Shown piece after piece: positions 41,201-57,082 of a stretch of DNA of 64,000 bases. The stretch comes from the human T2T-CHM13v2.0 reference genome, Homo sapiens. Numbering within the stretch: the first letter of the stretch is position 1; the number at the start of each line of letters is the position of its first letter. The notes under the pieces are model-generated. The model was given only the letters and a program-made list of their open reading frames with translations. It searched no databases and was not told the DNA's origin. The stretch lies in the NCBI RefSeq assembly GCF_009914755.1, contig NC_060926.1; one strand, 5' to 3'. The position numbers and the translations under genes were made by a program.

Positions 41201-43437
41201 ATCAAGACATTATTTTAAACTAATGAAAACAAAGATACAACATACCAGAATATATGGGACACAGGTAAATAGTGTTAAGACTAAAGTTTATACTGCTAAA
41301 TGCCTACATCTAGAAGTTAAAAAGATCTCAAATTAAAAAACTAACATCACACCTAGAGCAACTAGAAAAACAAGAGCAAATCACTACAAAGCTAGCAGAA
41401 GAAAAGAAAGAACCAAAATCAGAGCTGAACTGTATGAAATTGAGGTATAAAAATCCAGATAAAAGATCAACAAAAACAAAAGTTGGGTTTTCAAAAGAAT
41501 AAATAAGATTGATACACTGCTAGCTAAATGAAGAAAAAAAGAGGTGATCAAAATAGACATAATCAGAAATGACAAGCTAACATTACCATCGACCACAAAG
41601 AAATAAAAAAAAAAACTCCAAGATGATTATGAACATCTGTATGCACACAAACTAGAAAACCTAGAAGAAATGAATTGAAAAATATAACCTCCCAAGATTA
41701 AACCAAGAAGAAATCAAAATCCTGAGCAGACCAATAATGAGTCCTGAAATTGAATCAGTAATATAAAATCGACCACCAGAAAAAGCCCTGGACAAAGCAG
41801 ATTTATAGGTTAATTCTACCAGATGTACAGAGAAGAGCTGGTACCAATCCTACTGAAATTATTCCCAAAAACCTGGAAGAAAGGATTTCACACTAACTCA
41901 TTCTGTGAATCCAGCATCATTGTGATATCAAAACTTGGCAGAGACACAATAAAAAAAGAAAACTTCAGGCCAATATTCCTGATGAACATAGATGCAAAAA
42001 TCTTCAATAAAATACTAGCAAACCAAATTCAGTAGCACATGAAAAAGCTAATCCACCATGATTAGCTTTATTCCTCAGATGCAAGATTTGTTGAGTCTAT
42101 GCAAATTAATATACACAAATAAATACATGTGAAAATATATGTAAATAATTGTTGATAGAATGCAATGGGAAAATGACTCCCCATTCAATAAATGGTGCTG
42201 GAATAACTGGCTAGTCACATGCTGAAGAGTGAAAATGGACCCCTTCTTTTTACCATATACAAAAACTAACTCAAGATGGAGTAAAGACTTAAATGTATAA
42301 CCTAAAATTATGAAACCCAAGAAGAAAACTGAGGAAATGCCATTCTGGACATACACATTGGAAAAGATTTCATGACCAAGTTTCCCGAAGCAACAGCAAC
42401 AAAAACAAAAATAGACAAATTGGACTTAATTAAATTAAGGAGCTTCTACACAGCAAAAGAAACTATCAACAAAGTAAAGAGAAAATCTACAAAATGGGAG
42501 AAAGTGTTTGCAAACTATGCATCTGACAAAGGTCTAATACTCAGAATTTATAAAGAACTTAAATCAACAAATAAAAACAACCCCATAAAAAATGGGCAAA
42601 GGACATGAACAGGTATTTCTTCAAAGAAGACATAGCCAACAAGCAAATGAAAAAATAACATAACTAATTGTAGGGAAATGCAAATTAAGCTGCAATGAGA
42701 TACTATCTTATGGCTATTATTTTGAAAACTCAGAAAAACTATTATTTTTAAAATCAAAAAATTAAAGATGTTGGTGAGGTTCCAGAGAAAAGGGAAAATT
42801 TATACACTGCTGGTGTGGATGTTAATTAGTTTAACCACTATGGAAACCAGTTTGGAGATTTTTCACAGAACTTAAAACAAAATTACTATTCAATCTAGAA
42901 ATCCCATTACTGGGTATATACCCAAAGGAATATACATCATTCTACAAAAAGGCATGCATAGGTATGTTCATTGCAGGATTATTCACAATAGCAAATATAT
43001 AGAATTAACCTAGATATCTGTCAACAGTGGACTGGATAATAAAGACGTGGTATATATATACCATAGAACACCTCCCAGCCATAAAAAAGAATGAAATCAT
43101 GTGCTTTGTAGCATCATGGATGGAACTGGAGGCCATTATCCTAAGCAAATTAACACAGGAGCAGAAAACTAAATACTGCACTTTTCACTTATAAGTGAGA
43201 GCTAAATATGGTGTACACATGGACACAAAGAGGGGAACAATAGACACTGGGGCCTACTTGAGGGAGGAGGGTGGGGGAAGGGTGAGGGTCAAAAAACTAC
43301 CTATCAGATACTATGTTAGTGAGCATAGTACCTGGGTGATTAGATTGTCTGTACACCAGACCCCAGTGACATGCAACCTACCCATCTAACAAATATTCAC
43401 ATGTACCCCTTGAACTGAAATAAAATTGGAAAAAAAT
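38215..43437 (+). mobile_element. Near full-length degenerate L1PA15/16-like LINE-1 with an internal ORF2 deletion
   Basis: 5' ggagccaagatgtcccactagatgcagcc; ORF1 remnants ~39470-40330; ORF2 start-like ATG at 40417 with EN remnants (LNIYVPNTGAPRFI); 3' UTR ggggcctacttgagggaggagggtggg...aaaaaactacctatc. Confidence 0.9.
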
Positions 43438-44029
43438 ATGAATAATAATATTTTATTTTAAAAATTATTTAAAAAACTACTGTCTACAGGTAATGTTGGT
43501 GTGGGATTGGGCATTGTATAAGAAAGTAGGATGTAGAGGAAACTGTTGAACAACTCCAGGCTGCCTGCCTTGCTTTAAAGACACTCAAATTCAGTACAAA
43601 ACAAACATCCAAACAAAAAGTAAAAAGCAAAAAGAACACTTATGCTAGCTAACCAAAATATTTCCAAGGGCAAGATTTAGTTGTTTTGCTGTTTCTTCTT
43701 CACTGTACCTTACTCTACCCTAAATGGTTTTTTCAAAATATTCACCCAAGAAATATGAGGCTCTTTCAGAGCAGGAATTCTAGGGTAAGAAAATATATTT
43801 TTTTCTGTGCAGTGTTTGAATGTGCTCATTTATTTCAGATGTAATGACATTAGGGTGACAAGTATTGGTTTTTACATGTACGCTTGAACTTCATTTGTAT
43901 TATGTAGAAAATACTTTGAGTAACAGGTTCTTCAGGAGTCAAGAATCTGTGTTATATTTACAAGTATTTTGAATTCCCTTTATATATTTTGAGTCTTCCT
44001 CTTGCTTCCCTCCTTAGAATGTGGTGTTA

Positions 44030-44075
44030 TAAAATATTTTCCTCCTCAGATCATTCTAAGGAGGAAAATATTTTA
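44030..44075. repeat. Inverted repeat, 21-bp arms, 4-nt loop
   Basis: taaaatattttcctcctcaga / tctaaggaggaaaatatttta (1 mismatch). Confidence 0.93.
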
Positions 44076-45265
44076 ACAGCAGTGCATAATGACATGTAGA
44101 CGTGATGAGAGTCATACTTCACGTGTGATCTTTAGGGCTTATAGGTAGGAAAACTGGTTCATCCATGTGAAATCACAACAGTTTAATTTCAGCCTAAATC
44201 AGAAAACCAACTCTCAATTAACAGCCTGCATCCTGATTCTCCACTTACTCTGCTATGTGGTTTTAGGTGACAATTTTGTTTTCTAATCTAAGACTCTGGA
44301 TGAAGTGCTGACCCATTCTAAGCTGATGCAGAGGCTTAAATTAAAATGAGATACAAGTAGAGATTGGCAGGGACCTGGCATTTTGGCAATTTTCTCATTT
44401 TGATAATTTTAACATTGCCCTTGTTTGAATCACTTCAGGGCCAAAATACATCTATTTCACATTTATGCAAAACAAAGCAATGAAATCTTGGTGGGAAGGG
44501 GCACAATTATCTTGTTCTATTTTTTTTCTCAATTATTAGATTTTCAGTCATGGATTTTGTAGCATCTCTGTGTGTGGTATTTTCAAAGAATAATGTAACT
44601 GAATAGACTATTAATGCATTTAAAGCTAAACATTGATGATGTGTAATGAACAACCTGCTAAATGTTAATACAATTTATCCTTTTTAAAATTTATAAACAT
44701 GACATATTGCATGCACTTAGTGCTAATCTATTTTAGACATTCATTTGGGTTGACCTATGACCATAATATATTATGTTCCTTGAGATATTTATCTTGTCAT
44801 TTGGAAACGAGATTACAATTAATGGGACACACATGACTTTAAATTACTACTTCAACTAGAGATGTGTGAGTAATGAATTAGCCATAGCTTTGAACCCCTC
44901 TGCTTATAATTTAAATTACCAGCCTTTAGCTGGTACTTGATTGTGATCCATTAAATAAGTCACAGAATCAAAGAACCACATATTGTTTTTGTTGCTAGCT
45001 CTATCAGGGATATTTTCCCATTTAATTTACCTAACCCCAGGCTAATTTATCCAAATTCATATATTAAAAATAAACATGAGAGAGAGCACTTATGCATTTT
45101 GGTTAACAGTAAAATAAAATCATAGCCAGAGTCTATCCAAACTAGATGTACAAAAATTATCCTTTTTCTGCTGAACTTTTAAGGAGCAAACAAAAAAATG
45201 ATATTGGAGAAAGTGAGCTCATATGAGAGACTTCATCTGCAAAGCATTTTGCAGTAGAGGACTTC

Positions 45266-45615
45266 TGCTATAGTTTGAATATTTGTCCCCTCCAAAACTC
45301 ATGTTTAAACTTAATCCCCAATGTTGCAGTAATGAGAGGTGGGAGTTTTTAAGAAGTAATTGGACCATGAAGACTCAGGCCTCATGAATAGATTAATCCA
45401 TTCATGGACTAATGTTAGCACACTTTGCCTCCTGGCCATGTGATGTCCTGTGCCATTTCAGGACTTTGCAGAGTCCTCACCAGCAAGAAGATTCTTCACC
45501 AGATGTGGCCCCCTTGACTTTGGACTTCTCAATCTCCATAACTGTAAAATGTAAATTCCTTTTCTTTGTAAATTTCAGGTATTCTGTTATAAGCAACAAA
45601 AAATGAACTAATATA
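45266..45615 (+). mobile_element. MSTD-like solo LTR
   Basis: tgctatagtttgaatatttgtcccctccaaaactcatg...gattaatccattcatgga...ggtattctgttataagcaac. Confidence 0.85.
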
Positions 45616-45837
45616 GCCCCTTAATAAAAAGTTTAATTTCTTATATTTTATATACTCCTTTCTCAACACTGACTTTGCTAGACTATACATTCTGGGAAGC
45701 ACAGAATAGAAACAATAAATATTTATTAAGTGATGTCTGATAATAAATGATAACCATAGTAATAGATCCCTAAAAATCCTGAGTAATGGCAGATTAAATA
45801 ATGCTCAGTAGCCTCCATTTGGTATGACTGGATGGAT

Positions 45838-46045
45838 ATATTTTTATTGTGTGTATTTAAGGTATACAGCATGTTTTGATATATATAATGAAATGATTAC
45901 TATGGTCAAGCAAATTAACATATCAATTTCCTCACATAATTACTATTTTTGTGATAAGAGGACCTAAAATCTATGATCTTAGCAAATTTCTGGTGTACAA
46001 TGCAATATTATTAACTATGGTCATCATACCATACATTAGATCTTT
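45838..46045 (-). mobile_element. L1MA 3'-end fragment
   Basis: tatttaaggtatacagcatgttttgatat...ggtcaagcaaattaacatatc...tattattaactatggtcatc. Confidence 0.8.
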
Positions 46046-46152
46046 TGGATATGTACATATTCATTGAGCTCTTACTGTGTGCTAGGCACTGCACTAAAGT
46101 GTATTTTATGTATAAACTCATGTTTTAGATATTAACTCATATACATATATAA

Positions 46153-46503
<351 letters not shown>

Positions 46504-47024
46504 TAAATAATTTAATATATATGAAACCTCTCTACAACAAGATCACAAGTTTCTTGAGAGCAGAGGTTATGTTTTAGACATCTTTAGTATTTTCCCCCAT
46601 GTACCTGGTAAAATGCTATTCACAAAGTCTTAGTAAAAGACTTACTGAATACAGGTTAAGATGTTCTTTTGTGACTTCACATTTTATAGTGCACTAGAGT
46701 GCAAATAGTCCCAAAGGGCTACTAGAACTATAAATTACCCAAATCAATGACAAACAGCAATAATCTGAGAAATACAGCTTCCCTTTTATTTGTTAAACTC
46801 TTGTAGATTTGCTAGATTCGGTCCATTAACAGATTAAATGCCTGGTACTAGGCTGGGGTGGAGATCAGTAAACTTTTACACATTTATTATCTAACTGAAG
46901 AACCCAGAATAGAAATATATGAACCAAAGAACAATTAAACCCTACACCATATGGTACCATTTAGAACATGAGTTTAGAGAAAAAAGATCTTAGAAGAGGG
47001 AGCAAAATAACAGAACAGTTAGGG

Positions 47025-47225
47025 ACATAGGCCTTTGAGTCAGACAGATGGGGCTTGAATATGGTTTCTGCTACATTTTAGCTGTGTTACTTGAGACAAT
47101 TTACTTCTCTGATCTTTTCATATCTTTAAAATGGGATCCTACCACTCTTAATGGAATTGTGGCAATTAAATATGGTCATATACATTAAGCACCGAAAACA
47201 TTGCCTTATACAAGGTAAACAACCA
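47025..47225 (+). mobile_element. MIR
   Basis: tttgagtcagacagatggggcttgaat...ttagctgtgttacttgagacaatttacttctctg...taaaatggga. Confidence 0.75.
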
Positions 47226-48599
47226 TTGGATTTGTCAAAAGGCTTCAAAGGGAAGTGATACTTTAGGTGGACTTTAGAGGATGGGACTTTAGGTGAAAGA
47301 GGAAAAGATCAAGACCACTTTAGGTTTAGGAAGAACATAAACAAGAGAAGACAGAAATGACGATGGCACATAGGAGCAAAAATGAGGAAATCTGTTTGTT
47401 AGAGCTAAGTAGAAGGAGAGAGTTGGCAGCAGTGGGAAATTAAATTTTTTTCTGGAAAATGGGTTCAGATAATTGGAAGCATTGATTACACGTCAGAGAT
47501 ATTTCAACTGAAAAGGACCCATAGAACGGAGGATCCTCAGTTGCTCTGATCTCTGTATAGAGCACTCTCAGATGTTTAGATGACATATTATTGTGACTGA
47601 AGTATCCCTTAATATTAGCCTTTACTGCCAGCATTTGACACGTTGTCTTGAATATTAAGGGCAATAAATACATCGTTTTCAATATAAATTAATGAATCTG
47701 CATGCTGACAGTCCTCTGCTTCGCTTTCTGTTGCACAGGTCTGATGTGTGTATATGTATATGCATAGCTATCCCTCTATGAAAGAGGAAGACTATGTGTT
47801 TAATAACGATGACGAATAAGTCCTTAGGAATTATGACTAAAGTTTTGTAGAAGTATAATATACAGTAGATCCTATATAGTCTATGTATTTGTTCACTTTT
47901 GTCTTCCATTGTGGTGCTAAATTCTTTGATATCACTTGTATTCTCTCAAAGAAGTATTCCAAAATGTCTGGTTTTAATAATAAAATTAATTTTAATGTAT
48001 ATAGAATATCTATATTAAACCCATTTTCCAAGTTTGAAAATGAGAAAATGTATATCTTTTGACAATTTAAATCTCAGTTTATTGAACTTACTCTAAAGTT
48101 TAGTCAGAAAATTGACCTACCCAATGACACAATATGATGCATTGTCATAAAATAAAATAGGACATTTTTCAAAATATCAAATTTAATTTTAAGTAAAATT
48201 AATTTATTACATACCTTCTAGAGAGTTTGGTTTTCCCATGCCCAAAGAGTTGGGAATAACCCATATTTATTGAATTTGGCTATTGCACTCTAAAAAAAGT
48301 CTTTGAAAAAACAAATTGTTATGCTCTGTCCTTTAGAAATAGCTATTTGAGGAGTTCATAGAATTTTCCCAGATGTCTGAATTGAAGCTGTCTGATTCTT
48401 ATGTAGATTTTCTCCAACATACAATATCTGGTTTTCAGAGTTGTGGCTCACAGGAAAATGGCTGCCTAACAGAGACAGAAGTATAATTACGATATCATTA
48501 GAAATATTTAAATATAAATAACTTTCTATATTTGTCCTTGTCACTTGTTTGGGTTTTGACAGGAGGAGCCAGTTTTGATGGGATTCCTGTGGCCCCATA

Positions 48600-49049
48600 G
48601 ATTTTTATCCTGTTATCCAATTTTCCGCTGCACTGCTCTCCTTCTGTCAAACTGACTGCCAGCCAGCCTTACGTTCTCCCGAGAGGAGGAGCAAAGCTTT
48701 GTATTATAGTGGACAGAAGAAGAACAAAAAACTGATTTTTCCCCTCCAAGTGCTATATTCTCTCTTTCTAATGGAAAATTCCATTGTCTGAGGGTTTGAG
48801 AGAATAGCAGGGTAGGAAAAAAGGAAGACTTCACATTTTCATTCAATAGAGCAAGATAATGTTGCAAAGCAGACTGAAATCCAAAGCTGAGCAGCATACA
48901 GATCAGCAGACAGTTTTCCAGGATGCTCAGAGTCACAGGAGTTGCTGAGATGCTGCCAAAGCTGGTTTGTGCTGAGTATTCCCTAACATTTCAAATATTG
49001 GCTTGCTGTCATATAAAATGAAAGGATACATACCAATCATGGTGTAAGG
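48600..49049 (+). other. Unique segment, possible alternative first exon (unverified)
   Basis: Non-repeat DNA with some CpGs; ends aaaATGAAAGGATACATACCAATCATGGT|GTAAGG. Confidence 0.2.
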
Positions 49050-49896
49050 AAAATGAACATTTTTCTTTCATGTGAAGATGTCACAGTGGAAGCTATTTTA
49101 CTTGAGAGTTTCCCATTGAGATTTGCTAATAGTGCAGGGCTTGGTGCAGAGATCAGACAGGTGACAAAAATGAGTGGGTTAGATGGGTCATTAAACAATT
49201 GGGAAGAATAAGAAATGGGGTGGGGTGGCCAGCTTAGGCGCCATCTAAATACCAAATACCAAATTGCAAAATACCAAAGCAAACCAAAACATAGTCTTAG
49301 AATACCAAATTGGAAAGTTCTTCAAAATATCATATTGCATAACCCAAACCAAACAAAACATACTCTTCAGGCCACACGTATCTTTCAACTGAATATGGCC
49401 CATGGCCTTCTGGATGCAATATCTGCATTAGAGAAAGGGTAGTCTTACCCTGCAGAGGAGCCAATGCTATATGAGGTAACTGAAAGGGCAGTTTCATATA
49501 GCCATGATTACTTGTTGGTGAGATGAAGACCTTATTGTGCACCAGGAACTTTATTTTGTTCTTTATTTATATCACTTAAGCCTGATAGTAGTCCTTGAAA
49601 AATTGATTCATTACATGCATACAAGGCATAAAATTTAGCATACATTTTTCTCATTTATATTATAACTAAAACTATGTGAGTTGCTATCAGAATCTTGAGA
49701 ATATATCATGATGTGGGTCAGATTTTTGTACTCATAAGTACAAATATTTATGCAAAATTTAAAATGTTGAACTGTGTAAGAAATTCTGCTGTCAGATGTT
49801 AAAATTTTAGTTCCATTTTGAGTTTAGCAAAATGCCTTTCTGCTTAAGATACTATTTTCTCATAAGGGCATGAGTACTTATAATATTGGAAATACA

Positions 49897-50058
49897 GCGG
49901 GGCATGGTGGTATACATCTGTAGTCCCAGCTACTGAGGAGACTGAGGCAAAAAACTGAGGCTTGAGCCCAGGAGATCAAGGCTGCAGTGAGCTATGATAG
50001 CATCATTGCACTCCAGCCTGGGCAACAGAGTGAGACCCTGTCTAGAAAAGAAAGGAAA
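49897..50058 (+). mobile_element. Alu monomer (FRAM-like)
   Basis: gggcatggtggtatacatctgtagtcccagctact...ggctgcagtgagctatgat...gtgagaccctgtct. Confidence 0.9.
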
Positions 50059-50479
50059 ATTCTGGGAATGTAGAAGAAATTCATTCCTCCAAGTTTTCTT
50101 AGTGGTCAGTGCTTGAAACTGGAGTTTATGCAACCTTATAAATTAGGGATTTTTGTTTTTACCCTTAGTTTCATGGAAAATTTTAAAAAATTAATCTACC
50201 TTCTGACATTAAAAGGGGATTTTGATTCCTTTAAAGTTCTAGGCTTTGGGGAGTTGCTTAATAAATGTTATGTGAATGTTTGTGTCACTTTAATATTTTA
50301 AGTCATTGCATCCTGTTCATAAATGCATATACTATATTCTTGATGGTATTTTGAAAACTTTTTAGCCCATTCAATCAAATTACATTTTAAAATATATAAT
50401 AATTTAGAAAATTTGGAAGTCCAGTGTACATGAACTGATGTTTTGCAAATGGTTAAACACCCAAAACACTATGTAATTT

Positions 50480-52675
<2,196 letters not shown>

Positions 52676-54014
52676 TTTGTTCCTGACTTGTTTTTGACTC
52701 ACATTAGTAGATATAGTTAATCATGTACCATCTTTTCCCCTCCATTTTAAAGGACATGTATAAAAGACAGATTAAGAAGAATGCATGATTGGTCAGTAGC
52801 AGCATTTTATTATCCACACTAGCTTTTAACAAAGCTAAAATCAGGTAGTCAATATATTTGTAGTAGAACTGGCTAAAAATCCAACTATTTTTTAAAAGTG
52901 TATTTTTGTTGCTGTCATATCTATATGTTAACTTTACCTCATGAAAATGAAAAAAAAACTATCTTAGTATAAAATGAAATAAATGTACTTATATTCTACT
53001 CTCTTCTATGAAGTATTCTGCTCATTGACCATCTATAACTTATCAAAAAATTCTGACATTAACAGGATAAATAAGATAGATTGAATTGCCTGGATATCTA
53101 CCTAAGATTGTACTAAAAACTTGTGGACATATATACAGAGAAAAAGAAGCTACAAATTTTGACTCATATTCTCTGCCTGTCTGAAAGAGTAGAAGGACCA
53201 TATACCAATATTTTCTGACTTTAATCACAGGGGCAAACATACCCTGAGTTTTACAATTTTTTAATGAACCAAGGTTGTAATAAAAGAACTCAACTGCACA
53301 GTTTCAGGAAACTGTTGAGGTGGATTTTCCTGCTCTTTACTTAAATAAATTTAAAACCAGAAATAAAAAATCATGAAAAACTACTTCCATGTGTATATTT
53401 TAATAGAGTTGAGGCCATGGAAGATCTCCCTTAAGATTTGCTGGCTTCCTGTTTGTGTCTTGCTTGTATCATTACACACTTAACCTGCCCCATTTTTCAA
53501 TTTATTGCTTCCAATAGCATTTTAAAGGTGTCTTTTTTGCTGGCCCATATGGAGGATGTTGATTCTGTTGTTCCAATAACAGTATGAAATATAGTTTGTG
53601 GTTGCTTTTTGGGCTAAAAGAAACTCATTACAATTTCCTGTTCCTTTGTGTGTCGCCAAAAATGTTATTGTTACTCAGGTCTGGAGATGTCTTTAGAATC
53701 TGTGCTACTTTTTAGACTTTTACATCAGCACATTTTTGTAAATGCAGCAAAATTTGTCCCAACAATTGAACTCCAAAGGATCAGCGATCTTCATTATTAC
53801 CAAAGACAAGTAGGAAAACAATCAAACTTTTTAGGGGAAGCAATTCTTACAAATTTCTAAGGAGAGTCCATTTGTGCAGTTCTTTTTATGTACTACGCAA
53901 CATAAAGGGCTAGAACTCTTCACTCTTCTACAAGTTAAGATTGTAAAAGAATCAATCACAAATCGAAAAGGAAAAGAAAATGGAAAATATTTAACAAAAG
54001 ATTATAGTTCTCTA

Positions 54015-54165
54015 AAGCTTTGCTACTCAAAATGTGGTCTGTTTCACATCAGCTGGATGTCCAAAATCAGAACCTTAGGCCTTACTTCAGACTTATTAAA
54101 TAAAAATCTGCATCTTAACGATCTCAGGTGATTTGTGTGCACAGCCAAGTCTCAGAAGCACATAG
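54015..54165. mobile_element. MER5A-like hAT-Charlie
   Basis: tgctactcaaaatgtggtc...aatctgcatcttaacgatctcaggtgatttgtgtgcac...agaagcac. Confidence 0.75.
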
Positions 54166-55702
54166 TTTCTATTCAGTCAACAGAGTAATTCCAAACTTAT
54201 CACCAGATGATCTTCTTATAAAGCCTTGAAGTTTACATAGGCAAACTGCTTTGTAAGTACAGCCAGAATAATTTTTGTTTTAATCTGCAACACAAGTAAA
54301 TTAACCTTAGTAATATGGTCAATTTAGTTTTTAATTGCTATTGAAAGTTTAAAGATAGTTAAGCTTAGAAAAGAATGTACAAAAGTTAAACGTCAAAGGT
54401 TACATTTAGAAAACCAAAATACCTACAAACATGCTGTAAAATGTCCATGTGTGTTTAAGTGCATTAATCTTCAAATTCATGCTTTTCTTTTATTACTTGA
54501 GTTGCTGACGGGATAGTTACTTTTGACTTATATGAGTATAAAAATGCCACTGGGGAAGGAAACATGTTTTTCTGTTCTCAAAATTCAAACTGGCTGAATG
54601 AATTAAGCTCAAACTTATGAAAATAATTCACCTTCAGGCTGAGCCTTTCTTATTAAAGTGGCAACCGGAGTTGAGAGTGACTTGAGTGGCATTTGTGAAC
54701 ACCTACAATGATAGGTTTTAAAAAGGGATATTTTCTCCCTTTAGCATTCACAGTTGATCATTATTTTTGAAAACTGATTATTGTTATTTGTTCTATTATT
54801 TTCATGCCTATTGATCTGATGGTAGAGAGATGTTTGTTTTCTTGAATGTTTTCATTTTTCATTTTTTTCCTCCTTTCCTCTGTTCTTTACTTTCTTTCTC
54901 TTTTTCTCCCTCTCTGTCTTTCTCTCATTTAATTATTGATTGCCCCTTGTGTGCATGGCTTTTTTTCAGACTACAGAAAGATTTAAAAGAAACAGAAAAC
55001 ATAACTCTTGTCTTCAAAAATATCACAAATTCCTAATATTTTCCTGAGTTAATATTCCCTCTCAACATGCTCTACCAAACTGTTTCTCTTGTGGTCATTA
55101 TATATTCAGGGCTAATTCTGTTTTTAACTTTGTTTTCTTTGTTTCTCCTTCCTCACCATCCTTGTTTTGTTATAAGTAGATCAACAGTTACTATGGAAAC
55201 ATATCACTGTTTTGGGTGTGGTGAGTACCACAATTTATATATGATTCTTAAAATATGAGTACATGAAACTAAGATCGCACGTTACCCTTTTGATATTCAT
55301 GCTTTGTTTCTAGATATGCTTAGCCTTGACTAAGATGTCTGTCATTCTATAAAACAGCTTTTACTCAGTTCAACACATTTGAAATTCTATTTCAGACATA
55401 CCGAAAATATTATGTTAATCACAAACATGTTTGTATTAAGCAAAAATTCTATTATTTAATATCTTGCATAATTAACAAGATATAGTAGAAGGATATACTG
55501 ATATGGTCCTAAAATAAATGAGTTGTATCCAATTCTATAACAAATTTGCTAATCCCATAAATCCTGAAAAAGAAATCAAAGCAAATGAATGTAAATATTA
55601 AAAATATACTTTAAAGTCTATATTTTCAGACCTGTGGAATCTTGCCTATGGAAAGGAAGGGGAAGTTTTATTTTCCTTCATTTCATGCCACAGAATGAAC
55701 AG

Positions 55703-56015
55703 TGTTGGTAGGAAAAATTCTTTCTCTACCAATTTAGGCTTGAGTGATGGGACCTGTGAATTAATTGACAATAGACCCAGTAGTTAAATAAATCCCTAAA
55801 TAGAAGGATTTATATATCAGTTTAACAAAGTGGGTGGGGAAATTTAGAGTTGCAATAGCTGTGGAAGGTTCTATTGGACATTTTCATCCTAATGACAATA
55901 GGCAGTCTCCTTCTTGCCTAAAAGCTCCCCCATACGGGGGGTTAATGGCAGCTGTGTTTTCCAGGAGGCTCTACTTTTGCCAGAGAAGTAAAGTTTAGAT
56001 AAAATTTATTTCTCC
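55703..56015 (-). mobile_element. Possible ERV1-type LTR fragment (MER34/MER39-related)
   Basis: tgttggtaggaaaaattctttctctacc...gacctgtgaattaattgacaatagac resembles a reversed LTR end; weak recall. Confidence 0.35.
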
Positions 56016-56083
56016 CATCAACAACTTTTCCAAATTTTCTCACTGAACTTTTGTTTAAAAATCTATGTTTTGCATTTACAATA

Positions 56084-56440
56084 CAAACTGATTATCCCTA
56101 ATCTGAAAATCCAAAATCTAAAATGCTCCAAATCCCAAAACTTTTTGAGTGCTGATGTCATGCCACAAGTAGAAAATTTCACACCTGATCTCCTTTGATG
56201 AACTGCAGTTGAAGCTCAGCCAAAACTCTGTTTCATGAACAAAATTATTAGAAATATTTTATAAGACTACCTTCAGACTACATGTGTAAGACGTATAGAA
56301 AACGTAAATTAATTTTTTGTTTAACCTTGGTTCCCATCCCCCAAGATATCTCATTATATATATGCAAATATTCCAAAATTTGAAAATATTCAAAATCCCG
56401 CATTGATCCCAAGCATTTCAGAAAAGAGATACTCAACCTG
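56084..56440. mobile_element. Tigger4b-like (Zombi) DNA transposon
   Basis: TA|caaactgattatccctaatctgaaaatcc...aagagatactcaacctg|TA; degenerate TIRs with TA TSD. Confidence 0.88.
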
Positions 56441-56459
56441 TATACATCAATCCTCATTA

Positions 56460-56959
56460 CAGTTGACCCTTGAATAGCATGGGCTTGAACTGCACAGGTC
56501 CATTTATACATGGATTTTTTTTTCAATAAAAGATACACCAAGTATAACTACCTTTCCTGCCTCCTTTTCCACCTTCTCACCTCTCTGCCTTTGCCACCAT
56601 TGAGACAGCAAGACCAACCCCTTCTCTTCCTCTTCCTCCTCAGCCTACTCAACGTGAAGATGATGAGAATGAAGACCTTTATGATGATCTGCTTCCACTT
56701 AAAGAATAGTAGGTACATTTTCTCTTCCATACAATTTTCTTAATTTTTTTTCTCTAGCACACTTTATTATCAGAATATAGTGCATAATAGAGCATATAAT
56801 TTATGTGTTAATCAACTTTTTATGTTATTTGTAAGGCTCCTGGTCAACAGTAGGCTATTAGTAGTTAAGTTTTGGGGGAGTCAAAAGTTATACATGGATT
56901 TTTTGCTGCACAGGGAGGGATCAGTGCCGCTTACCCCAGCATTGTTCAAGGGTCAACTG
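56460..56959. mobile_element. Tigger2a/2b-like DNA transposon
   Basis: Perfect 15-bp TIR cagttgacccttgaa / ttcaagggtcaactg with TA on both sides. Confidence 0.92.
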
Positions 56960-57082
56960 TATATTCAAATAAACTTAGGAAATGTGTGTTGGTATATACT
57001 TCATAATTACATCTCTGCCTCAATAAAAGAATTGGAATTTATTCTCTGTACTCTACTATCAAATATTAGAATTGATTAGAGT

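Noticed and set aside
48613-48936. 107-aa minus-strand ORF
   Set aside because: Starts at a non-ATG codon (GTG); no recognisable homology.
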